A stretch of DNA of 64,000 nt from Macrostomum lignano (lineage: Eukaryota): positions 558,001 to 622,000 of the forward strand of contig NIVC01000142.1 in assembly GCA_002269645.1 (NCBI GenBank), written 5' to 3'. Numbering within the stretch: the first letter of the stretch is position 1; each line of letters begins with the position of its first letter. Below the pieces are notes generated by a model that had not been told where the DNA came from, made no database searches, and worked only from the letters and a program-made list of their open reading frames with translations. A program made the position numbers and the translations under genes. Positions 25,140-36,980 of the stretch are shown in pieces.

Positions 25140-26060
25140 CATATTCTCTCTTGTCCTCTCCTCTCCTCATCTCTCTCCTCTCCTCTCATCTCTCCTCTTC
25201 ATCTCCTCACCTCTTTCCTCTCATCTCCCTTTTCCTCTTCATTCTCTTCTCCCTTTCCTCCTCTCTCCTCTCCATTAATCTCCCTTCTCCTCTATTCTCT
25301 CTATTCTCAGCCTCTCTCTACTCTCAGCCTCTATCCACTCTCAGCCTCTGTCTACTCTCAGCCTCTCTCTACTCTCGGCCTCTATATTTAGCTTCTCTCA
25401 GCTCAGCTTCATATGCGATGCACAGGTAAAGCTATTACCTTCTCACTAATTGCTATCATTTTGTTAGATTAATTTTATTTTTAGTCTTTAAATACTTGAC
25501 TTAAGACCCCCGCACTGAATTTTCCTCCCAAACGGAGGATTGTTGTTACCTCCTAACCCCCAGTATTTCCTTGCAATTCTTTACCATGCACTGACAAAGC
25601 ATGCACTCTGCAGAGGACGCTTTTATAAGACCTAAATTTCATTTTAATTTCATTCCTCCGCTCTTCTCTCGTCTCTTCCCTCGTCTCTCTTCTCTCTCGT
25701 CTTTGTTCTCAGCTCTCTTATCTTTTCTCACTTCTCTTTTGCTCTCTACTTTATCTTCTCTCTCCCCCTAGGGATTGCAATCCCGGGATTGGCCAAATTC
25801 CGGGATCCCGGGATCGCAAATAACGGGATCTTGCAATCCCTACTCTCCCCTCTTCTCACTCTCCCCTCTCTCAATACTTCCCTCTTCTCTCATCTCTCCT
25901 CTCGTCTATGTAATCTCTTCTCTCCTCTCTTATCTCTCCTTTCATCTCTCTCATCTCTACAACCTTATCTTTTCTCTCTTCCCTTTACTCTCTCTTATCT
26001 CTCCTTTCTCCTCTTCTCTCCTCTATTTTCTATTCGATATCCATTCTCTCCTCTTATTTT
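25140..26060. repeat. CT-rich low-complexity tract
   Basis: Almost exclusively C/T on the + strand; gives spurious Ser/Leu/Pro ORFs. Confidence 0.9.
25769..25842. mobile_element. 74-bp hAT-like MITE
   Basis: 12-bp TIR TAGGGATTGCAA / TTGCAATCCCTA, internal CGGGAT repeats, flanking 8-bp CTCTCCCC duplication (left copy offset by one C). Confidence 0.65.
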
Positions 26061-27279
26061 CTAACTTATATCATTTACGAGCTCGTACATGTACTTAATA
26101 TCTGTACATGTACATGTATTTATAAGTTCGGCTTATTTTGACGAGATTTCAGAATTGTCAGACTTTGTATTGAAGCCTTGCGTTTCTTAGGTATCATTAG
26201 GTATCATTTCTTAGGTATACTTGCTGAAAAATACATGTAGCTCATATCTGGGCAAATTTGCCGTAGTGCATAAACAGTACAAAGGATATTTACATAAATA
26301 AATCTGAGGCTTCATGATAAGTGCTGCATGCAAAGTCACTATAGTGAGTTATTTATTTACGAGCCAAATTGTTATCATGGTTACCAACCATAACAGTTGG
26401 CTAAAAACGTTGAAACTGAAAAAAAAATTGCAACGAAAAATAACGATATGGCTGTTTTGAGGTGAGCTGTTTTATATAGATAGATTTCTATCTCCACGCA
26501 AGCCAGCAGTCAGTTATTTAGACTGTATTTATGACTTCCAATCGTATCGTATCAGCACAGGCCAAAATTGAAAAAAAAGTTGCTCTAGGGTTGACTTGAG
26601 TGTAACGATCCGTGAGGTACCACCTAGTGTGGGAGCGGTGTGAGGACTGGTTGACCATAAATTAACTCTTTGCACATTCAAGCTTGAATTGACAGCAACC
26701 CCGCCTACCTTTTGTATTCAACTCAAACAACAGAATACGGCTCGTGCGTGAACTCAATAGAAGTGGAAATAAAAAACTAAAAAAATTGCATCAGTTGCCA
26801 CCCATTCACGATATTCCATATTATTTCTTGATACCAACGGATTGATAACAGCTTGTAGCAATGAATAAATTGTTTTTCTAAGAAATATTTCATCAGGCCT
26901 GTTCTGCGAACGTGGGTGCAAAAGGTATCTCATATCTGCATTTTAATAGCTCGTATACGTAGCTCATATAATATCAGGCATAATGATGGGGATGATGGGA
27001 TGATGATGAATTACGGAGGCAGAAGTGCACTGAGTCACATACATGCAGTGACTAGCCCAAGTAAAGGCTGCTTGCTCTGTAAGTGCGACGCAATGAACCC
27101 CCCATCCCAAATTTGAGCGTAAAACAAAGTGTAATATCTGGCAAGAAATGTGCACGGTGATTCTTAAATATGCTCCAGGGCTATATTGGATGCAGAAAAT
27201 AAGTAAGTGCGGATTTTTTTTCGCTTTTTTAACTCGTTGTTATGATCTGAAATAGCAATAAGGTTGGCATGGATAGTAT

Positions 27280-28181
27280 GATAATCGCGCCGTGTACACT
27301 GTAAAGCTGTTTGAAAGGTGCCTTGACAATGCTAAAAGGTCCGTCGCACTTCAAGATTCGTCGTCGGGTTGATGATATTTCTCGCTGAGAATTGTTGTCA
27401 TGAAGACGAAGTGTCGCGGCCGTTTGTCTCAGGAACTGTCACATCCTGCAAATGAAACTGGGCAGGTACATGTCTAGGATCAACTTGGAAATGTACGTCA
27501 ACAGGTTCCATAGGCGATCTTTTTTGCGACTGTAACATTGCGACTCAATGACTCAATACCTGCACTTCAGGTAAAAATTCTCTTACCTCTAATAATTATT
27601 AATTCTAGCAACAAACTGTTATTAAATAACATGCGCTTTGCTCCCTCCTTTACTTCCTTTGCTGCCTTTCTCTTCTGAGCTGGCCGATCAACTGGATCGC
27701 ACGTGTGCGGAGCAAGGGCTTCTATGGTCCCATCAGCCCGGCGGACTGCGGAGCCATGACAGTGCAGTGATAAACGCTTATTGCAGCGATAGTACGTGTT
27801 GCCATTTCGCCGCGTTTTTTCATCCATCAGATAGCCAAGGTCTCGTTGGGCATACTGCACTAGAAGGTCTTTTCCGTGACTGCATCCTGCATCTGTAAGA
27901 ATTTCAAAGGGCTGGGGAGGTGGGCTGCGGGGCGGTGCCAGCTCTGCTGGAGGAATTTGAATGGATTCTTCCAGAGCTGGATCAGGGTCATTGAAATCTG
28001 GATAATGGTAAATAAAATTTTCCGCTTGTGCCGGAATCAGATGCACTGGTTCTGGATTTTCAGCAGGCAGAGGAACAGCCGCTGGTCCAGAATTCAGGGC
28101 TTGTCTAACATGTACCACTGCAGCATCTGCAGTTTGAGATTGAGACACTGCTAAGTTGTCTCGGCCTAGTGAAGAGTTCAC
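27280..28181 (-). mobile_element. Degenerate Mutator-like (MULE) transposase with FLYWCH zinc finger
   Basis: ORF 27567..28181 contains 'GYLMDEKTRRNGNTYYRCNKRLSLHCHGSA...APHTC' (FLYWCH-type). The minus strand at about 27289-27354 reads 'LKCDGPFSIVKAPFKQLYSVHG', matching the MULE catalytic 'DGTFK..PF.QLY.IH' block. Frameshifted and truncated. Confidence 0.75.
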
Positions 28182-30169
28182 AGGAGCCCGTCTATTGCAT
28201 TAATTTGCAGTCAAAGCCAGAAAAACTCACCGACATTTCTCATTGCAGAATACTGATCGATTGTGACGCGACTATCACATGCACGGTGCTGCCAATTCAA
28301 GCATTGAGAACACTCAATTGCTTCTTGTCCATCGCAAACTGGTTTGCAGACAGACCACACATGGATATGCGCATGCCATTTTGTATCTAAGTGCTTAGAC
28401 TATTGTCAGTGAATAAACAGATGAATTTTGAACAGGGCATGAAATTTACCCAGTTTTATCCCTTTTAAACAAGTAACTTAGCCTCGACCAATTAGAGAAA
28501 TTGAAAAAAGCTACACCTGATTTTATATGAAGAAGAGATTTGTTTATTACGAAAGATGTTTACACCTCTTAGGGGCCTACTATAAGTAGGAAATTAAGAC
28601 TCGTTTCATTTTTGTCTTTAACCCAATATACGAGCTCCTACTAATAAAATTTTCTGACTGCCCTGTCTAAACCCCCCATTGCAACCCCACATATCTCCCC
28701 ACCCGAAGCTATCCATGCAATAGTAAACCAGTTGTCATTTTCCGTGACCCCCACCCCAGCTGTGGCCATATTGGTGTGTGGCCATCTTGGTTTTCCAAGA
28801 GTATTATTCTAGCATATTCTAGGCCTATAACACATTCCTATCAATTGGCATTGGGCCTAGGCCTAACGAAGTTGTATAGAGTCTAGAACCTACTGCAGTT
28901 TCTAAAGCTTTTAACTTCCTCTTCGCCGCTCTTCGCTTTTAACTTCCGCTCTTAACTTCCGCTCTTCTAACTTCCTCTTCGCTTTTAACTTCCTCTTCGT
29001 CTGTCGCCGGATCGTCCTGTCGCCGGATTGACTGGAAACCTACAAGGGCTAAGTATGCACAAATTTAAAAAAGGATAAGAATCTATAGTTAACAACAGTT
29101 GGAGCCAGAACTAAGGAAGAAATTAAAACACGATGTAAATGACGCCACGACGGTCACGTCGAGTCAACCATCCACCCAGCCATGCAGTCAGTCAGATAAT
29201 TATACCAGTGAATTAATTATATGTCAATTTTGTAAGTGTAAACAAAAACATTAATGTTTAAACAAATTTTAACTAACGATTATAGAAATGATGAACAGAC
29301 CTTATAAATCAAGATGTAAGGAAAAGATAAAATTTTAAATTTAAATAAATTTAAACGCATGAAACATTTACTTTAGCTATTGAACGATTTTTTTATTTTG
29401 AGAGAAAAGGTGCGGAATCCATTAATTAAAGTTCAACTTATCACATTATATGTATATGCAGTCAGACAGAGTAATAGATATAATTTCTTTCATTGCTAGT
29501 AAATCGTACTTCGTTTTGATGTATCTTGTGTAACTAATTCATTCGAAGTTGTTAGTGCACAAAGCTTATCGAAAATTTGTTCGACTTTCATCTTATTTCT
29601 TAGCAGTAAGCAGAGCAACCTTTCCCTTGCTGCAAATAATAAATCTGTCACAATCAATACTTTTTGTGTCTGGTATCCACATCTTGTTTTTTTGTAAATT
29701 AGCATGTTGCTCTAGCTGATAGGAAACTGTACCCTATATTATCTCTTTCAACTTTTTCATTAATATTTTTGCCTTAACTGTTAGTAGAAGTTTTGTAAAT
29801 TTTCTTAGTTAGGTCTAGTATTAATATTTTAGGCAAAAAAAACCTAGTGACATTTTAAGACTTAGCTTAACATTAATCTTATCTAAGGTAACTTAAATCT
29901 GACAGACAAAAGTATGTCAGAAACTCTATCTTCAGCAACCCCAATGGAAACAAGTGACACTGAAGAAATGGAAATTTCTTCTGATAATGATAAGGCATTG
30001 GATTCAACAATTGATTCAGGTAAGTATTATTTGCTAAGTGAAAACAAATTCTATTGTTATTAGTATTAGCCTTGTTTTAAAATGATTTTAAATAATAAAT
30101 ATTATATAAATAGTTACATAAATATTATATAAATATTACATAAATAATATTTATATAGCCTAGGCCCCA

Positions 30170-30771
30170 GGCCATAGTCCAGATCATGTCATTTACGCCG
30201 GAGATCTCCGGCGTAAATCTGGTTTGGGATCGGAAGCTGGCGTAAGTGCTTAGCATAAGTATAGGCCAAAATATGCCTTGGCGTAAGTGCTTGGCATAAG
30301 TACATGGCATAAATCAAGTGGCGTAAATGTTGGCACAAATGAGATCATTCACAATCAAATATATCACTATAGAACATTACACATTTGCGTTAATTATGAT
30401 GTTAAAGAGCAGCATTAAAACAAAGTTCATTAAAATATTGCAGTTTATATGAATAAGATAGCAGAATATCTATTGTAGGATAGCAAAAGTTTTTTTAGCT
30501 TCAAGATGCTTACTTTGATTCTTGATTCAGAATTTGCAACTTATGAGATTTTTAAACAGTTGCAACTTCTAAATTTAGTTAATCACTGATTAATTGTAAA
30601 TCATCTATTCTATTATATTCTATTCTATTCTATTCACAAGAATTGTGAGGGACCTTTTTTGGGTGGTGTAAGTCAGAGGGACCTTTTTTGGTTGGCATAA
30701 GTCTGGCGTAAGTGCCAAAAAATGTTGGATTTTTCCTCTGGCGTAAGTCTAGCATGATCCAGACTATGGCC
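30170..30771. mobile_element. Non-autonomous short-TIR DNA element (MULE-like)
   Basis: 19-bp TIR GGCCATAGTCCAGATCATG / CATGATCCAGACTATGGCC (2 mismatches). Flanks TAGGCCCCA and TAGGCCTTA could be a decayed 9-bp TSD. Subterminal GGCGTAA/GGCATAA repeats. Confidence 0.65.
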
Positions 30772-30885
30772 TAGGCCTTAGGGTATTATTTTTGCTTTAT
30801 ATAAATTTATACTGTATAATATAGTTTTTTTTTATTCATTTCAATATTTCTTAGCCTTTGCTTTAAATCTAAAAGTTGAATATAA

Positions 30886-31700
30886 TACAAGGGGTGTTTC
30901 AAAAGTAATGAGAATTTTGTTTTAACTTTTGATTGGATAAACATATGAATCTGAAATTGTTATCCAAAAATTTTATATGTATGAACAACTAATAGCTTTA
31001 TTTTTAGCCTTATTTAATTGCATGCAACTGTGTAATTGTAAATAAAAGTCTATGCCTCGAGATTGAAAATTACAATTTTGTCTATGGCAAAAAAGACTAA
31101 AAAAAGTTTAAAATTTGAAGGCTTTTAAACTTCTGCTACTAAATTTGGCTACTTCTCATAAGAGCCTACTCTTTTTGCTTTCTATGGACAAAGTTGCCTA
31201 GGAATAATCTTGCAGTTTTGAGCGGCATAGCATTGCTGGTTAAAGTCACGATTTCTGACTGATATGGCCATAGAATATTCTATAAAAATGGCTCAAATTT
31301 TTTCTAACTAAGACCTTTTTCTTAAGGTCCAAAATTGTCATCAAGTTTTTGGGAGGAGGAAGTTAACAAACTGGTACATTGCTGCAAGAAAGGTATCTAG
31401 ATGAATGGCAACTTTATAGAGCTTGCTGAAATCACAGAAAAAATGAAAAATTGTGCCAGATTTTTGACTTGATGAACACATTCAAACTTGGTTACTTTTG
31501 CCATAGACAAAAAGTATAATTTAAATTTTTTAGGCATGATCTTTCACTTACAATTACACAGTTGCGTGCAGCTATATACTGCTTAAAATGAAGCTATTAG
31601 TTGTTCATATGTGTAACATTGTTAGGTGAAAATTTCAGGTTCATATGTTCATCCAATCAAAAGTTATAAAATTCTCGTTACTTTTGAAACATCTCTCGTA
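30886..31700. mobile_element. Tc1/mariner-type MITE with about 205-bp TIRs and TA target
   Basis: Left end TACAAGGGGTGTTTCAAAAGTAATGAG matches the reverse complement of the right end (TACGAGAGATGTTTCAAAAGTAACGAG). Arm homology extends inward to CTATGGCAAAA. Confidence 0.75.
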
Positions 31701-31858
31701 GATACTAACTAGGTAAATCTTAAAGTTTAGCATAGTATATATATCTAATAGTATTAATAAAATCTTGTTTTTATTGTTTATTCCAAGTATAGTATAGTAT
31801 CTAGGCAAGAACTTAGTATATTATCTATAATTGGCAAGTCTATGAGAATTGCTTGCAA

Positions 31859-32381
31859 ATGAATTGCCTGCCAAGATTTGCCACTGGAGATTTGCCTACA
31901 GTGCATTTTGCCCATTAGCAAACTGCCCATAGAGATTTGCCCGCCAAAAATTGCCCACTGAGATTTGCCTCCAATGCAATTTGCACGCTAGCAATTTCCC
32001 TACCAAGGTTTGCCTGCAATACTTTTTCCTGCATTGCATTTGGTAGCTAGATTCTGTCTATATTACCCCTCTCCTATTCTAAAAATATGCTTTTGATATA
32101 CAATTACTATTAAATATTTTGATTAAATAAATCTATTAAGACTTATTATGCATTAAGGAAGCAATGTAGACAAAATCTGCTATGCGGCTAAATGCGATAC
32201 AAGAAAAAAGCATTATGGGTTAACCTCAGTGTGAAAAAACTTAGCTAGCTAATCTTCATAGGCAATTTGCTCATGGGCAAATCTCAATAAGCTATTTTTG
32301 GCAGGCAAATTTCCATGGGCAAAATGCATTATAGGCAAATCTTGGTGGGAAAAGCTTAGTAGGCAAATCTAGGCAATTCAT
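31859..32381. mobile_element. Foldback/MITE-like element with subterminal ATTTGCC repeats
   Basis: Ends ATGAATTGCCT / AGGCAATTCAT. Tandem ATTTGCC(C) modules on the left are mirrored by GGGCAAAT modules on the right. Confidence 0.6.
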
Positions 32382-33780
32382 CTGTGGGCATTTTTTTTGC
32401 TTCTATAATTGGCATATCATCTTTACATTTACAAAATTTAACTATATACAATATGAATAAAAATGTATTAGTATCATTTTAGCTTTACTTTAAAATGAAT
32501 ATTTTAAGTGATTATTTAAAAATTATATAACCATTTTGAAACTTTTAAAATATAATTCTAAGTTTCTTATTTAAATGATATTAGTTATTAAAACTGTGTT
32601 TTTCAAGGATTACTCAATCTTTAAAAAAGAAATGATAAAACTTAGGAGCTTAAGAGCTTAGGAGAAGTTTTAACTACAATTGTAAAGTGACTAAGTACAA
32701 AGTTTAACCTACAATGCTTTTTGAAGACTAAGTTTTCATTGGATTGGCTTCTAGGTTTTGTTATTTCCCATTCTGAGTATGGAGTAGTTTCTTTGTTTTT
32801 TATAATTTTCAAACATTAAAAATAAAAATTCTTTCATTTTGCAAAACATAATGAGTTAAGTTTTCAATCTTGAAAGCATTCTCATTTTGATTAAAAATTT
32901 ATATTTCAAATAGATTTTATCATATTAGATAAAAGGCTTTGCTTTTATTAGTAATAAATTTAAAATATATCAAATATTCTGTAATGTTAAAAAAGATTAA
33001 TTAAAAGGAAATAATATCTTTAAAAAGTTAGCATTTGGCCTATTTAGAAAGATTGATTTTTTACTATTTCTATTCCAATATCTTTAATTCTATTAAACTT
33101 ATTGATTTCCCTAACCTCTTATAATAAAGGTTATAATAAAGGTCTTATAATAAATAATATCAATTTGTTTGCTATTGATTAATAATTTAAACTTTGAAGA
33201 ATTAAGGCTTATGGTTGTAGTTAATATTCTAAACAAAATTTCAATTTCTTGAGTTATAAATATGTTTTTGGTACTGACTTTATAAAATGTTTTCTAGTAA
33301 AAAATCCTTTTCAAAAAGTATATAAATATGTCTTGCCATTTATATTAAGCCAAAATATTGCTTTATTAGTTTACATTTTCTTTAAACAAATAATAATATA
33401 TTCAAAATGCTATATATCATTTAGCTTTTGTTTTTGTCTTAGTCAAAATGAGTAAGAAGTATGTTCTTAGTAGTCAAAATTTTTAATAGTCATTTCAAGT
33501 CTTGATATATGTCATATAATATATACTATACTTTGTATAAATGTATTCTAGCAGTTTCATATATGTGAATATGTGATAAAAGTATATATTGCATTGTATA
33601 ATGCAAAGCTAATATGTATCACAAGTATCTATTGTTGCATAATGAGCCTAAAAACATATCAAGAGTCTTGAAGTTAGATAGTATTTGTACAAATAATGTC
33701 AAGGTCATTAAATGCATATTTATTAGAATAAAAATTAGAGGAATAAGTGAATATTGTTTATATTTTCTAACATACATGCA

Positions 33781-33930
33781 CAACCTTGGGAATCACCCAG
33801 CCATTTCTAATGGCAACACACACATTTAAGTCGCTATTGGCTGAGAGCAGTCATGTAACTATTATTCCGTCCAATAGCGACTTACATGTGTGTGTTGCCA
33901 TTAGAAATGGCCGGGTGAATCCCTAGGTTG
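33781..33930. repeat. 150-bp palindrome (60-bp arms, 4 mismatches, 30-nt spacer); probable MITE
   Basis: Arm 33781-33840 is the reverse complement of 33871-33930 apart from 4 positions. Confidence 0.85.
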
Positions 33931-36900
33931 CACCCAAGCATGTTTTCTAACCAATAGTAGTTATCAATCTGAGATGTCAGTGCTAATGTAAGAATCACTG
34001 AGATATCAAGGCTTAGGTTAGGCTTTTAGAGAAAAATTTCCAAGATGTTAAAGTTGACATAAGAATTGTTAGGAAATCAAGGCTAAAAGATAAAGGCTAT
34101 AAAGCTATATAAGGCTATAAGGCTATTTAAAAATTTTATTTAATTTTTTTGTTGCTTCTCCAATTGGGAAACATTGTGTTATGGGGGTATAAACTTCTAT
34201 ATCTTAATCCTACTAGTAAGCCATTAGGCTGTCACAGGGCTCTTGGTTCTCCTTTCAAAATCTTACCAAGTTGCCATTAAGTTGTAACAGTTTTATTCTT
34301 ATGTAATATCTTGATGTATTTTTGGTATTATACTTTTTACTAGTAGTGTATCATATATATTTGTTTCCAAATCAGTAGCATATTACATACTATAAGCCTG
34401 AGTAGTCTTATAATACTTGTATTTATATCTTATCTTATATCTTAGCTCTCTTTTATTGGGGGTTTTTCTCTCAGTCTGGGCATTTACTGGGATCAAAGAG
34501 TCACTCTTACACTCTAGGTAGGTTTTTTGCCCTAAGGCAAAGTCTCAGATCCTGGTCTAGATATGCTTACACTTTGATAGGAGTTCTGCCTTATAAGGCA
34601 ATTTCTTTGTCCTAGATACTAAATCTGGAAGTCTCTAAAAATAGAGTATCTTGGCTATTTCTAGTTGTTATCTAGTACTCAAAATAAGTAACATAAGAGC
34701 AAGTACTAGCCCTAAGGCTGGTTGATTTTATCTCCAAATAGAATAACTGGAGAGGTGCTCAATCAATATTAAAGCACAATTTAAGCTTAGGAATAAGGGA
34801 ACAATTGAACAATTAATTTGAGTTGGCTTTTAGATAGCTCTTATTTATACTAAAATTTTCTTTATTATTTAGAACAAAAATAATGTCTAAAAAAGATACA
34901 ACACATTTATAATTTTTTACAGTATAAAAAATGGTGGAGCTTTGAAATCATAGTAAAGTTATATACCAAATGAAGCCTATTACAATTGATGATAATTACT
35001 TATTACAATATCAGTATAAAGCTTCAGTTGAATCCTGATATGATCATGATATGATATGATATGATCCTGATTATGATATTTATCATATTTAATCCTAAAA
35101 GTTCTAGTATTATCCAACTTTTTATATGTATATAATTAAAAAGATATCTAAATTGTTGGTCATTGAGAAGTTTTTTATAATTTTATAAAATATGACAAGT
35201 TAAAAAGAAAAGCAATTATATTTACTCAACAAAATAGTTACCCCTAGCTATAACAATAGCCTTCTAATAAATTATAGGCCATTCTGAATTAGATCTATAA
35301 AATTGGTCATTTTTGGATTAAAATCCTATGATCCCATATTTAAGTTGTACTTCTGGGGATTTTTTGACCAAAATTTGGTTAGAAAAATAAAAGATAATTG
35401 CAAAAGAAACATCTTAGGCTATAAACTAAATATGACAACATCTTCCAGCCTAGCTGCTGCAGATACTGAACTTCCAAGTTTAAATTTAGAAAGCAAAAAG
35501 ATACATTTTTTTAATTTTGTTGTTTCCATTTCATACATATATATCATTGGTTGAAATAATAATCAGAATGTCCAATGTAATTCATTCAAAAGTGTGTATC
35601 CTTTTGTGTTCCTTTTTATTCATTGTTATGTCTGCTAGGTTTAACATTTGTCCAAAATTTATGGATCATTAAGTTTATTATACATTAAGCTATGTTTTTT
35701 AAGTAATAACTGCTGTTTAACATCTTTTATCTGGGCAACATTTTTTGTGATTGTTTTTAATAGCAAGGGTTTACTGTTTTAAAAAGTGAATTCTAAAATA
35801 TTTGTTAGTAGGTTAACTGGCTTAAAATTTGGTTTTTAATTTGCTTGTTGTGTATGTCAGATGTAGTGAATATTATAACATGCTGTCAGACATTTTCTTG
35901 GCAGGGCCTGTTGCAAGTAGCGCTCAGCCATTGAATTTTTCACTCAATTCCTATAGCTTTCCCTCCCTATAGTAGCTGTGAACTGACAACAATTAGGTCT
36001 TTAACTAAGAAAACAAACCCTGCATGCATGTTTCTCTCCCCCCTTTGACTGCTAGTTAAGGGCCTGGCTTAACCTCTTGCTCTAGACACACGATTTGCCA
36101 TTGGCTAAGGAGTAAAGGCCCCTGTTTTTATGCCCAAGTGCTGGCTGGGGGGAGTGCAGCCGGCTGTTGAGTGACTGGCCACCCACTGTGCCCCCCTCGC
36201 TGTTGCTGCTGCATGTATTCTGTCGCCGAATATCTAGCACGGCCTTCCCTATCCCCCCTTATTCCCTTTCTTCGCCATTTTCCTCGTCTCTCTACCCTCG
36301 CGCCCGTTACCCCCCCCCCGCTATATTTTTTTAACGCCAGCTCGTATAATGGCTTCAATAAAAAAGTTGAATAGCAAAGGCGGAACAGAAGTCACTGAGT
36401 GACAGTGAGCGGAAGGGGGGAGACAGTCCTCTCACCACTCCCCCGGCATGGATCGGGGGTTGAGGGAGGGTAGTGCAGCGCTAGGAGGATCGGGTGTTGT
36501 CGTCGGTCTATGCAAAGCCGGAGCCAACCAGAGTCGCCGAGGGGTTCACAGGAAAGAGAGACACAGACGTTGGGTGGGGTTTGGGGTGCGTCAAGCTGCA
36601 GAGAGTTGCCGACTGCTTGTAGGCCATGCTAGACACTGAAATACGTATGCTGCACACACATGACACCAGTGTTAATTTAGGAAGTCTTCAAAACTGCGTC
36701 GTCCGCCCGCCCGACCGCCTCCCTCCTTTTGCCCACCACCTCCGCCGCCTTATATTTCTCTGTCCGTCTCTCAACTTAGCCGCCTATAAATCGGCGCTCC
36801 TCGGGGCTTCCCTGGCGCTTTATTAAAACAAAATAGAAAGTGGAAGCACAATAGCAACAAATTGCCAGCTTTGCGGTGCAGTTTGACAATGCGCGGTCAA

Positions 36901-36980
36901 GGCTGCAGTTCCTTAGACGCGGCTCCAGCGCAGTAAATGACCCGTCGTCAGGCCCCCCTATCCAACTGGGCAGCCGTCAG

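Noticed and set aside
36876-36980. Listed GTG start extending the B55 ORF
   Set aside because: Non-ATG start; the first ATG is at 36981, directly after an AG acceptor.
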